This document shows positions 48,936 to 60,754 of a DNA stretch of 64,000 nucleotides, piece by piece; within the stretch, counting starts at the first letter, position 1; every line of letters starts with the position of its first letter. The notes below the pieces were generated by a model. The model saw only the letters and a program-made list of their open reading frames with translations, searched no databases and was not told where the DNA came from. Origin of the DNA: Octopus sinensis. Its lineage: Eukaryota. The translations under genes were made by a program, and so were the position numbers. The stretch is from contig NW_021836291.1 in the NCBI RefSeq assembly GCF_006345805.1, positions 372,001 through 436,000 of the forward strand, written 5' to 3'.

Positions 48936-50264
48936 ATGAATGTTTAAATTAGTGCAGTCATTTGATAGAAAAACGATAAGGAAGCGCCTGTCAATATCGC
49001 AAAAACAGAGAGGATTAGCTTTGTTAATTGCAACTCTCCTGTGACGTTTAAAAAAGTAAAAATGTCATTTTTCATAAACACTTCATAACTTACCGTAAAT
49101 TAGCAGATAGTAAACGTGAAAGTCTTGTTTCTCAAAATTGGCGAGATTGATACGGTGAAGGAACAGTTTACTGCAGATGTCCTAATCCAAGTCAGTTGGA
49201 AAGAATCAAAAGATTCGCTCGGAGTTAATGCTTACCCGTCAATGCAACAGGGGAGGATTGACTTGACTGAGTTCTGGGACCCCGACATGCATATCGAAAA
49301 CATTTTGGTGGAACAGAAGGACTCAGGATGGATTGACACCATTTCTGTCGAAACCGACCACGTTTTTCTTGTCAAAAAGAGAAGAGTTCAAGGAATCTTT
49401 ATGGAAAAGTTAGAGTTAGAGAATTTTCCCTTTGATGTGCAGGTAGAATAAAGAATATAGTGAGTAGGACTTGACGGTCAAATTGATAAGTCGACATGAC
49501 TCAGATAAACTCGAATTTATAACCGATGATGGAGAAAATGGGGTCAATACTAATTCGTTCGTGGACAAACAAGTCTCCGCCCCATGTAATAATAGAAATG
49601 GAAGTTGTACAGTCACTTTGAAGTCGAGATACGAAACGACGAGACAAACATGTTTTCTAAACTTAAACACCCCTCAATCTCCTTCATGTGCCAAGTCGAA
49701 CGAAGGCCTGGCTTCTTCTATTGGAATGTATTTCTGATAATGGTGGTGGGCTGACTATATTCAAGTGGGGAATCGCCATTTTGTCTTTCACTACTTTTGC
49801 AGTGGACAACCTCAGTACCCATCAGCGGCTTCAGTTGACTTTCACCCTCATTTTGACCACAGTCGCCTTCAAGTTTGTGGTCAATCAAAGCTTGCCTAAA
49901 ATATCTTACCTGACATATGCGGTAGGTTAGTTTGAACATTTTTAGGATAAATATATACTATTTTCATTGTCTCTTCTGGGAACGGTGTGCATATGGCACA
50001 GTGTTGTTCCTTACTTTGTCAATTCTCTCGGTCTTGTCAAGGAGTACTATGTCGTTTTGGGCATGTTACTCGTCTTTTTTACTTATCACGTCGTTTTCAT
50101 CATCAGTATTTTCAAACAGGCATGGTTCAGTACTTAACCTAACTAGGCCTTCTACAAAAGAAGGGTCGTCCGAATGAATGAACGAAAGGTTAGGAATTTA
50201 GAATTACTCCCAGTTCAAAGCCAAGTTCAACCATGTACAAAATCACTCTTTATCAATTGTCTAA
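48936..50264 (+). CDS. Cys-less (Pro-loop) pentameric ligand-gated ion channel subunit
   Basis: KVLFLKIGEIDTVKEQFTADVLIQVSW, FWDPDMHIEN, LELENFPFDVQ|DLTV (no Cys-loop cysteines), RRPGFFYWNVFL (pre-M1), RLQLTFTLILTTVAFKFVV (M2), LPKISYLTYA|DKY (M3), M4. Introns mostly 23-27 nt. Confidence 0.9.
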
Positions 50265-50617
50265 TTCTCACCAAATTAGTTAAAATTTTTTATTTTCGAT
50301 AATTTTTGATTTAAAACGTCATGAAATTTTTAAAAACGCAGAAAAATTCTTTATCTCCACGCTAAAACTTCTCAAAGATTTATTCTAGTTATAAACTAAT
50401 CATTTTGTAAATGAACATCAAGAGACATAAATTGATAAAGTGGAGGGTTTCCATTTTTTTTCGCAGATAAAATTTACAGTTTTCGTGTAAGAAATATACA
50501 TATGATTGCTACAACCGAGTTTTGGTCACTTAACCTACAACTGGAGGTCTCCCGTCATAGGAGGGCTGAAAATATTTCTGATTATTTTATTCCCATAACA
50601 AGAATTACATAAAATAA

Positions 50618-52906
50618 TTAAAATTCTAAGTAAATCTGAAATATTTGAGATTTTTTGGTAGGTTTCTGCAGAATATTGCAGCGATTGCCTTCGAGATGAG
50701 CATAGTTCCATTTCATTTTGTCATTACACCACGAATGTAAAAAACAGCTTAGGAGAACGGCGTTGTCTTTGTGGCACTGTTCTGTGCCGACTGTCAGCAC
50801 CATTTTCTCAATGATTATTCGATACTGACTTTCCAGAGGAATCCCGCACACGAGTTTAGCCTGCGTGTAAACCAAGCTATAAAACCATTGAATCGGGATT
50901 CTCTGAGTATACCACACATTTGGACTTTGATGGGAGAGACCCATAGCAACCCTCCACCTCTGAGCAAGCGCATCCGATTACTGCGTGCCCTTCTGGACAG
51001 ACAGCCTTGGAAAATCTTCCAACGTTCCCGTTTATTGCCACAACACTGTCAAAATATTTCAAAACTTCTTCTTTGTCGATTATTCCCACCTTTTGAGTTA
51101 GATTACTACCATTTTTCATTATTTAAAAAACCGTTCAAGAGAGTCTGGGAAATAACCACCAGGGACGAGCGTGAATTTGGGTTTCGTGGGAGTGGAAGTA
51201 GCCGCACTACTACAAACTGCTTTGGCCTGGGGTTTATAGCCGAATTATTACTCACCTGGATTATTGTATTAATGGTGCTGGAGTAGACACAGCACTTGTT
51301 TGCATCAATCCACGAGGTATCAGATTTAGATTTGGTAGTAGAACAGGAAGAAACTCCATATTTGGAGGGACATGTAACACAAATCGAATTATCCTTGCCT
51401 GTTTTTGTGGCAAAAAGAATTTCGCTGACAACCTCTATACCCGTGATTTCTAAAATGAGACAAGGAATAAAATACTCTGACAAACTGTTACAATTGAAGG
51501 ACTGTCAGTAGTAATGTAACATGAATTGTTTCTGAACTCAAAGTTGGCAAAGTCAGCTCTAAATCACTGAGTGGAGTGATGTGACCTGTTTTCAACCATG
51601 CAGTTGATAAGAATTTCTCCACTTTCGCACGAAGCAACATGAACAGCAAATCCACCTAATCTGAATGTTCTATATGAAACGGTCGCCAGTGGGAATTTAT
51701 GGCAGAATGCGACCGACTGGATAATCAGTCAAAAAAGCCACTTTTTTGTTGTCGTCGTTGGAAAGGCACCCGTATGGAGTGTAGCGAGCCGTTTGATCGA
51801 AAGCGTAACAGTGAGTCAATTTGGTACCCTGTGGACATGCACTTGGAACTGAAGCATCCGAAACCACTTTTTGGGCTTTTGGGACTGTAGAATAGACGCC
51901 AATTTAAATACCAATGGAAATTGACTTTGTCGTACATCCGGCACACGGGACGTTCAAACGACACTTTCCGTCTAAACTGTCGACTGAGAATTGAAACGAG
52001 TCGTCCCTAAAATGAACGTATGGACAATACTCGCTCTTTACCAAACACCCAGTTATATATTCGGAGTAATAACTGTAAGGACCCGGAATTTCAACGACTG
52101 TTGCAAAATCACGGTCTTTTACACAGCCAACGATGGCCAGGAAATAACAAAAATGCCATACCTTGACGTCATTACCTGTGTATTTGACTAGGCATTGGTC
52201 GTTTTCAATATCCGTTGAAACACATTTTCCCATGTCAGAACATCCGCATGACTTGATTGTGTATCCGCGAGGACAAGCTCCAACAGAAAGAGTTTTCCCA
52301 CCCTCTGTCGTGACTGTGTGGCCATTCACGTATTTATCAATGGTTTCTAAGATCGAATCAACATTGTTACTCACCAATGCAAGTGACTTCTCCATTGAGA
52401 TGAATTTGATCATACTCGTAAGATTTCGATTCAAATAAACAAGAATTACCTGTTATTGATTTTCGGTGAGTATGCTCAGCAAACCACCTCAAAGTAGAGG
52501 TTGACCTTAACTCACCTGTGGTACATGCGACAGTCACTCAAAACAGTATTCTGGGGGCATTTGATTTCTCCAAATTTTTGAATAATACGAGTTATAACTA
52601 TGGCTTTGTATTTTTCCATTGGAATACATTCTGCGAGAGCCTACTGTAATTGTAAAGTTCAATACCATAAATGATAATCCGTTTCTCCCTCCTCTAGCAT
52701 GGCACATGTTTTCTTGCACATATGTCCCATCGGAAGCTCCTTGATATGTGCATTTAGACACGACTGTTCTTTGAGGACACTCTACAGTAGAAAACACATC
52801 ATCGCCCATTAATTGTCCTCCGTGAATGCTTATTTGGTTCTCGACTATTTTATTGGTCATTAATTATACATTGCAGTGTCAAATGAATCAGAATGTACAA
52901 AATCAT
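50618..52906 (-). CDS. Secreted cysteine-rich protein with about 9 resistin/PCSK9-C-terminal-like modules
   Basis: Putative signal MILYILIHLTLQF. Recurrent CPxGxxxxxC...C...AxAxC modules (VECPQRTVVSKC, GACPRGYTIKSCGC, SACPQGTKLTHC, VTCPSKYGVSSC, AVCPEGHAVIGCAC). About 12 mini-introns, several at the same module position. Confidence 0.75.
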
Positions 52907-53481
52907 TTTTATTTAGATTATTGCTTTCATTTTATATTAGTAACATCACAGATGTTTGTTTGTGACTATAATATTAATTTTGATTATTCATTAATAATTG
53001 TTTTCCAGTCTGTTCGATCAAAAAGTCAGAATCCCTAAGTTTTTTTGATTCCTATTAATTATAAAGATTTTCTTTGTCTTGCACAAAAGCCTGAATTTTC
53101 CTCAAACAATCCTGTCATCTGATTCTTGTTGTTTACAAACAATCAAAATAATTCTTTAAATTTTGGGTAATTATTTTGGCTACAATACTCAGAGGAATGT
53201 GGGCATTGTGGAGTGGATTGGAAGCAGGGGATGCTACAAGGATCAATTAATTTTGGGAAAGCAAATGGAATATATAGCTGGTAGACCTGAAAGTCGTCTG
53301 TGAGGGCAAAGATAGATGTCTTCAACATCTTATTTAAAAATCATTAGGTGATGACATTCACAATTGACTATCAATGAAAAATGAGCACAAATTAAAAAAC
53401 AAAAGGAGGAAACTATTTGGAAATAATATTTTTAAATTGCAACTGAATGAACTAGTGCGGGATAATGTTTATATCACTAAT

Positions 53482-54499
53482 ATGTCTGCTGGTGGATCAA
53501 AGTTCGACATTGCCTGTGCTAACTTTGCCGAGATAACAGACACAGACACTGCATTAGCCATGTTCTATCTGCAGGACGTGGACTGGGATTTAGAGGTATG
53601 TACAAACTATGAGTACCACCAGAGGGCACTTAATAATTACTTCCGAACAACCAAGAACGACTCCCCATCCCAAAATAGGTGACATTTCGTTAATATAGTA
53701 AAGAATATATTTAAAGGTAATGTCTTGGAATATCCAGGGACTTGAAACTCGCAGTCTTCGCCTAAGAACTCTCGAGGTTGCCCGAATAATATCTGAGTAT
53801 TTTCTTGCCTAACACTCTCAGGGGCTCTTTCGATGTTGTCATGTTACAGGAAGTGGTTCCAGCCACTCTCGACATTCTACAAAATGTTATGAAGGACAGT
53901 TATTCCATCCATTCCTCCCCAACTGCTCTATATTTCACTGCCACTCTTCTTCGTCGAGAAACAGCAAGGCTAGTTGATTTCCAAGTCAAAGAGTTTGAGG
54001 GAAGTCGAATGGGAAGAGGTCTTCTACAAACCCGAGCTCGTTTTGAGGGGTTTTGGGGGGCGTGAAATTCTTTTTTATAACACTCACCTGGAGAGTTGTC
54101 GACAGTTCTCTGCAGAGAGAAAGTCTCAACTAAAAATGTCTTTTAATTTTCTCAACTCAGCCGATTCTGGTATTTTGGCCGGAGACTTGAATTTGAACGA
54201 CAAGGAGGTGGTGATGTGCCTTATATTCGTAGGTGGCAGCCATTGGTGGTGTCCCCGATGGACTAGTTGATGTGTGGGAGGCGACAGGAGGCAGGAAGGA
54301 GACGATGCATACGTGGGACACTACTCGAAATCACAATTTGAGGTGTAGCTATGCTTGTAGGAAACGGATGGACAGAATGTACTTAAAAAGTGATTTACTG
54401 ACACCTATTCACTTTGAATTGGTGGGTTTGGAGATCGTGCCTAACACTCAACTGTTTCCCAGCGATCACTGGGGGATTGTTGCACATTTTGTTCTTTAA
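53482..54499 (+). CDS. TDP2: Tyrosyl-DNA phosphodiesterase 2 (UBA-like + EEP domain)
   Basis: FAEITDTDTALAMFYLQDVDWDLE|RALNNYF, SWNI.G, MLQEV, SRMGRGLL, THLES, AGDLN, TWDT..N.N, DRMY, FPSDHWGI. Confidence 0.95.
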
Positions 54500-54859
54500 A
54501 TTTTCTTTTGAATGTTTATTAATATGATAATTTGCTTGTCGACACTTTGCTAGCTTGTACAATATTCTCATGTTATTGCGAAGCATGGGAAGCCTTTTGT
54601 AAGAATATCCTCAATGATGAGGTCCTTAAATCCTACACGCCAAAAAATTTAAGAAAATATTTTCTTGATTTTGGTTAAAATAAACAACTAAGATATCCCC
54701 GACTTACACGATTAAGTGCTTAAAACCTTCCCACCAAAAAAATTTTAAAAAATTCCTTTTCAAATTTGACTTTGACAGAATGTGGAAATAGAAGATTGCC
54801 GACTTTAAATAAAGTGTGCAATGAACAGATTTTTAAAAAACCTTGACAGTTATAACAAC

Positions 54860-55464
54860 ATTAACACAATTGACAGCGCTTTTAGCTGTTTTGATGTAAC
54901 CCTATTCTAACACCTGTTGATAAACGATGTTCATTGTCCGTCTTTCCTTGGCATACATGAATAAATTTTCTTTTCTGCGTACCATTGAACATTCTAAACT
55001 CAAAAGCCACAGGCACGAAGGAATGTCGAGTAAAAAGATTTTTGTGCTTTTCTATTTTGCGGGCTTCCGCCAAAGCAGCGGCCGAGCTTGGAGAAGAAGC
55101 AGATGACAATAAAGCGAATGGAAACCACGTGTCTGCACATGTGGCATCCCAGACCAGGCAATTGCCATTCCGGAATGGGAACGTGGTAATCCCATCCGGG
55201 CGTTTGCCGTCCCCTCTGTCCAATCCGGCTGGTTCAAGCACATTGGGAAAGCCATCAGCGTTGAGTGCTTTTGAAATTACGTCGTTAATTGCTCCATGAC
55301 GAGGCGAGCATGACGGGAAGTTTTGCTTGCATCCAACTGACTTCGTCAAAGGAAATGTTCAAAACTGCTTCCGTGCAAGATTTCAATGATTTTTCCATGG
55401 AAGACAAAATGCCTGGATGCGAGTAGCATGGAAGGCAGCGGAGCGTGTACAAAAGTAAAATTGT
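54860..55464 (-). mobile_element. CRE-like LINE 3' fragment (RLE endonuclease)
   Basis: RHGAINDVISKAL...LEPAGLDRGDGKRPDGITTFPFRNGNCLVWDATCADT. Confidence 0.88.
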
Positions 55465-57322
55465 CAATGTCGGACGCTCCGAAGATCCCCGATCGCGATC
55501 CGGTGTTTTGATAAAGCAGAAGGTGGGCCTGGACACGAGAAAAGGTCACTGAGAGAGTGAGAATGCGTGGATTCGGCAAGGCCTATTCTTCGACGATAAT
55601 TGCGTAGCCCAATACGGGCCAAATTCACTCGGGCTTCTCTCGAGAGGGAGGATTCGTTGTTGTTTATTGGTGGCGGAATGCGTCCCAGAAGCTTGTTTAT
55701 TCCAAGAAATCTGATTCCCTTCGTCACGAAAAAATGTGAGGATTTTTTTCGCAATCTGCGATTCCTCTGGTATTGGTATCCTCAATTTGAATTCCACATA
55801 ATATCTTTTTAATGTTGTCGTATTCATTAATATCCTTTGGAATAGGGATGATGGTAGATTTTTTCCAAAGCATAGGAACCAAACCATGGTTGATCGAGTA
55901 TTCGATTAAATTAGTCAGAGCCAGAGAGCCATTTGGACCCAGATTTTTTAGATGGTGAATGTCAAAACCATCCGGACCTCTGGCGTTATAATTCCGCGAG
56001 TTAACAACAAGCTGTTTGGTAAGTGATTCTGGGATGTTAATAAAGTGTGTAGAAATGACATTGAAATTATAATGAAATTTTCCTATGAAACGAAGATCCT
56101 TTGGGGTAGGAAGGTGACTAATTTTTGCATAATGACGAATTAAGATGTTAGCTTGATCCCGAAAGGATAGGACAGATTTTTTGGACGAAATCCCGGTGGC
56201 ATGTGAGAGAGGGCATGTTTGCCTTGTGTGAATTTTCCTGAGGGTTCTCCAGAAAACACAGGATCCAGTATGTGGGGATATAGATGTGATAAAATTATTC
56301 CATTCTTCAGTTTTATGTTTTTTGATTAATTCGTCAATTTGTTTGTTGATTTCTGCTAGACATTCCGAATTTCCATTTATGGAGGTTGTCAATTTGATCC
56401 TTCTTTGTTTTTTTGAATTGTTCAATGATCGGGGGAGGATAATGGAGGCCGTGATTTCGAATAAAACCGCGGGGAATAAATCTTTTGTCCGCAGAAAGAA
56501 GTGTATTAGTAAAGAAAGCAACAGCAGCATCAAATGATCGAAAAGAGGAGCAAGAAAAATTACTGAATATACGCTCAGTATCATTCCTGAAGAAGTCCCA
56601 TTTCGACGTTTGTAGTTGATGTAGGTCTTCATAATTCTCTTCTTTACAGGCTGATGGTTTATTTTGATTAGAATAGGATTGTAGTCCGTTGGTAGGTCGT
56701 ACTGTCCATTTGGTGTCGAGTGCAATGTTTGGGGAACATAAGGTAATGTCAGGAGAAGTGTTTGAATCTCCAGGACGCACTTCACAGCGGGTGTGCAGAA
56801 GAGAATTGTTTAGAGTAATTAATTCTTCCGCATCAGTTATGATTTGTTGGCCTCGTTTATCGGTTTTGTTTGCGGATAGCCAAAGAGAATGATGGGCGTT
56901 AAGTCGCCACAAAGAATACAGTTTTCAGGTGAGAGGCAGTAAGTTCGGAGTATAATTGGGATACATTACAAAATCGGGGGGATATATGTGTTCACAACAG
57001 AGTAACAGATCTTGTCAATTTGATTAGATGAAATTTAGGTAAATCGATCATTAGTTAAGAGAGATTTAATGCTGGCAGTTGAATCAGGAAAAAAAATGGC
57101 CTCGTGAATGAGAGTAATAAGGCCACCGCCAGGTTTTCCAGAGCGGCGGTTGTGGCGAATAATGGAATATCCCTTAACACGGGGGGTTTTGGATTTTGGG
57201 GTAAGTTTGGTCTCTTGAATAAGACCTATATCGATAGAGTTCGAGTGAAGAAAGTAGTGTAGGTTATTGCATTTCTTAGAGATCCCGTTGATGTTCAGTT
57301 GAAGAATGATTAGTTTTCTAAT

Positions 57323-57395
57323 AGGTTTGGTTTTGCTCCACATCTCCACACCGAATCAACAACAGAGTCAGGAAACGTAAGCTTGACGGTCGTCC
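57323..57395 (-). other. 2A-like (StopGo) peptide motif, degenerate at NPGP
   Basis: RPSSLRFLTLLLIRCGDVEQN followed by aac-caa-acc-tat; adding 2 nt restores NPxP in frame with PIRKLIILQLNING. Confidence 0.7.
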
Positions 57396-57450
57396 CGTAG
57401 CCACTACCAACCAAACCGTTGACAGGTTGATTGGCAAGGGGAAAAAAGTA

Positions 57451-57515
57451 ATTCTGTTAGTTACTGAAGGAGAATCAGCAACCAATCGTCTCCACGAGGA
57501 GGTAAAATGACAATT
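57451..57515 (-). ncRNA. HDV-like (nested double pseudoknot) self-cleaving ribozyme candidate at the LINE 5' end
   Basis: P1 AAUUGUC/GACGAUU (7 bp), P3-L3 ACC-UCCUCGU-GGA, P1.1 CC/GG, P4 UUGCUGA/UCAGUAA (7 bp), J4/2 CUAA with the catalytic-position C, P2 AUUUU/AGAAU. Confidence 0.72.
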
Positions 57516-57526
57516 AGTGTTGTGGT

Positions 57527-58510
57527 TTATTATTATTATTTAAGCCAAACAAAATCACCGTCTTAACCATTAACTAACGTGTTCAGGTGATTCCGACACT
57601 TCTCAACAGTCGAGCCATCTTTTCACGATGTTCAGACCGTGACCCCACACACTTTCTGTATATACGGTGAATGGTTTGTGGTCCATCTCTACGATCCCCC
57701 CCATTTGCCTCTACGAGAGACTCCAGTGTTCAATGGACAATTTCCCTATCGGTATGGTCCTTCAATAGGTTGATAGATTTTTCTTGGATTTTTTCGATTT
57801 TTAGCTGGTTCGTTGCCGCCAGGTTACAGCCCCAAGCAGCACATGCATACCCTTTTGTTGGCTCGATATACTGCTTGTAAAGGGTCTCTACCCCTGGCGG
57901 ATAAGTTCTCCCACAGTTCCAAAGGAAGGCTTTCACAAAATTGATCTTCTTTATACAGGTTGACACGATCGATTCAACGTGAGGTGAAAAACAGAGGAAA
58001 GTATCAAACGTTACACCCAATATCTTCTGTGTTTTCTTTTGTGGTATTGGGACTCCATTCAGCGTGACTTCAATAGTTTTCGTCCCCATCTTCCTGTTTT
58101 TCGTGAATAGGGTGACTGCTGACTTTTCGGAACATGCATGTAGTCTGTTTTCATATAGCCATCCATATAAGTCGTCCAGTATTCTTTGTAGTCTTTCCTT
58201 CGCGTATTCGACATTTACATCCCTAGATGCGACAACTATGTCATCGGCATAGGAGAGTAGTATGTCATTATTATCCATAGGAACTGGGAGATCATTCAGA
58301 AACAAGTTGAAGAGGGTCGGGGATAAAGGAAAACCCTAGGGTACACCATTGGGCAATAAGCGTGATCTTGAACTCTCGTTCCCGACTTTCCCACGACGTC
58401 CGCTCAAAAAATTTGCTATCCATAGCTTCATAGGTGTAGAAATTTTTGTACCAAATATCTTTTGAATTAGGATCTTCCTTGGGACGGAGTCAAACGCTTT
58501 TTGAATGTCG
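57527..58510 (-). mobile_element. LINE family B copy with (AAT)n tail
   Basis: Near-identical to 23155-24118; tail at ~57527-57541. Confidence 0.92.
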
Positions 58511-58636
58511 AAATTAAAATCGTTGAAGAAAATGAAATTATAACCAAAATTAATAATGTTTTATTATTTTATATTTTAAAAATTTTATTTACGATATTGT
58601 AATATAAAAATGATATTTCTAATTAAAGAAATTTAA

Positions 58637-59137
58637 ATGTTCTCAGTGTTGTTGTACCTAAGTTTTATTTCCTCTCTTCAAAGGATTTATCCTGATTCTA
58701 ATGTCCCCCAATTCGACAAATACGAATCCTTTACAGTCAGAAAGCCCAAGAAACTTACCAAAGACGACAAATCATATTTCTATTTCAACCTGGACGAGGA
58801 AGCGGACAAAATAGCCAATCTTGTGGTTAGTCATATCAAATATATTTAGGAAACATACCAAATCCACCCAGATACAATTCCTCTACTGGCTCTGGAATAC
58901 AAGGAAATGCGACACATTGCACGAAATGCAATTTATGAGACAAAAACTGAAGAAATAAAATATTCAGAATCCAAGGACAGAGTTCTCGTCTCAGAAAAGA
59001 ATGTCATTACTTTAGTCATTGGAAGTATTTTGACGTCTGGGTTGTGTTTATTCCTGCTCATGATTCGGTTCTTTCATAACAAGCTTAATACGATCGATTC
59101 TGCTTTTCTTCAACAAGCAACAAGCAAAATGAAATAG
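58637..59137 (+). CDS. Orphan type-I membrane protein, about 158 aa, 2 exons
   Basis: Signal-like MFSVLLYLSFISSL; a 24-nt intron (58826-58849) joins the two ORFs in frame; TM VITLVIGSILTSGLCLFLLMI; short tail. Confidence 0.7.
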
Positions 59138-59279
59138 TTTTATTAATTGTATTATTCTATATTTGAATTAAATTAATTCTTGTGGTACGTCCATGTTTGT
59201 GTCGGCCGATCAACAAAGTTCCCTATCAGCTTATAAATAAATAAATTTTGACTGGTATAAATATCTCGATTGGAGAATT

Positions 59280-60510
59280 TATGAGACATTGCTGACATCC
59301 TCTATGCTTGCCAACGAGCATGTGACGCACTGATCAAAAGAAGTGAGTGGATCGGAATTATGGACGGGAAGCTTGAGAAACTTAGGAAGGAACTCGATTT
59401 GGTCACACTACTAACTAATAATGACAAAACGAGTAAATCATTCAGTGACGAATGGAGAGACATTTAGCCAAACATGGATACCGGAAGTGAGAATGGAGAA
59501 AGGGATCTTGCAAATTTTTGTTCCTGTCCTTGACCTCCCTGAGTAAAATATTGAATGCAAAATTCCCAAATGTGCTACTGTACAATTCTGGCAAGAGTGC
59601 TTATGTATACTCAACTTGTTATTCATGGACGACCTAAAAGTGTTTGATCGGAAGGAAGACCATGTAATGAGGTGACATCGAATCATGCGGATTTGAGAAT
59701 ATTGATAAGAATGTGCAAGGGGTCCGGATACGCCGTCAAATACACATAAAACCTGGAAGCAAACGTAGATTTTATCTTCCAAGAGACTGACTAGAAAGAG
59801 GATTGGTCACTGTGGTGCATAAAAACAGTCGAATGCTTCCTAAATTTTTCAAGGATATTGAGATGAAGACTTCTTATTGTTTGAGAAGAGAAAGAATCCT
59901 GAAGGCCGCGAGATCAAAGAAACACACATGGCCACTAAAAGGTATTCCTATGCAGAAAGTACCAATTTTCAACTCCGGAAAGCCTCAAACCGAACGTTTT
60001 AAAGGATTTTTAATGAAAGTACTTAATTGAGCAGATACGAAGAAAGCCTCTTAACTCGATTTAGTTTATTTGCCATAATGATTTGGACTTGTTTCTGAAG
60101 TAATCGTCATGGTGGTTCTCGCATGGGAAAAACTCTCCAAGGTCGGAGGGAATGCTGTTTATGGTTAGGACTTATTCTTTGACAACGGTGATAGTAGTTG
60201 CAATCATTGCAACACCGCCAAAAAGACTCGCTCATTTTGCTACAAGATGTGCAGAATGTTGAACAACTCATGCCAATGTCCAGACGATTGTGATTAAAAA
60301 GACATTAGAGAGCATGCATCTGAAATAAAAACTCTCAAGTATGGCAGCGTATCCCCTAACAAGTATTTCAATGAGTGTTGGGGCAACAACGACCAATTGA
60401 ATGGAGGAATTACCCACCACGACACATCAATGAAACTTTTCGAGAGCACCGACGCCGTATCCCGGCCCATGAGTCTAGCAGAAGGAGGAAGTCGGAACTA
60501 ATATTATCTG
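59280..60510 (+). mobile_element. Decayed R4-like LINE (N-terminal, CCHC and RLE remnants)
   Basis: IADILYACQ (cf. ITDILYAAQ at ~6060), KHGYRK, CNHCNTAKK...HFATRC. Confidence 0.65.
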
Positions 60511-60754
60511 GATAAGATATTTTTCCAGTTTGATTAATTTTCTAATTCGAACCTTTTGAATCTACCTAATAAAAGAATAAAATTTTTGTGGTTTTTAAGT
60601 TCTTTTAAAACATTCCATCGTCCTTGGAAAAGTAGAACCAGGGTCGTCATTTTACTAGGATTTAAGTTGGTGGAATAGATGCTAAGAAGGTAACTCTTAA
60701 GTATCCAGATGGAAGTAAAGTACTGGAAATACATTGGTAAAAATAAATAATAGA

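Larger units (their letters stand above)
55465..57515 (-). mobile_element. LINE family A copy retaining its 5' end (ribozyme, 2A, APE) but with the RT core internally deleted
   Basis: LIILQLNINGI, LIQETKL, KPGGGL (EN); linker colinear with 35514-36070; jumps after IIPIPK to the C-terminal LGINKLLGRIPP region. Confidence 0.9.

Noticed and set aside
52070-52100. VEIPGP as a 2A motif
   Set aside because: It lacks the D and N of DxExNPGP and lies inside a Cys-rich host exon.
53143-53328. Small Cys-containing ORF divergent from TDP2
   Set aside because: I could not build a consistent spliced model or recognise a family.
60560-60740. Short frame GGIDAKKVTLKYPDGSKVLEIHW* upstream of MDP1
   Set aside because: May be the last exon of a small gene, but upstream exons could not be joined credibly.
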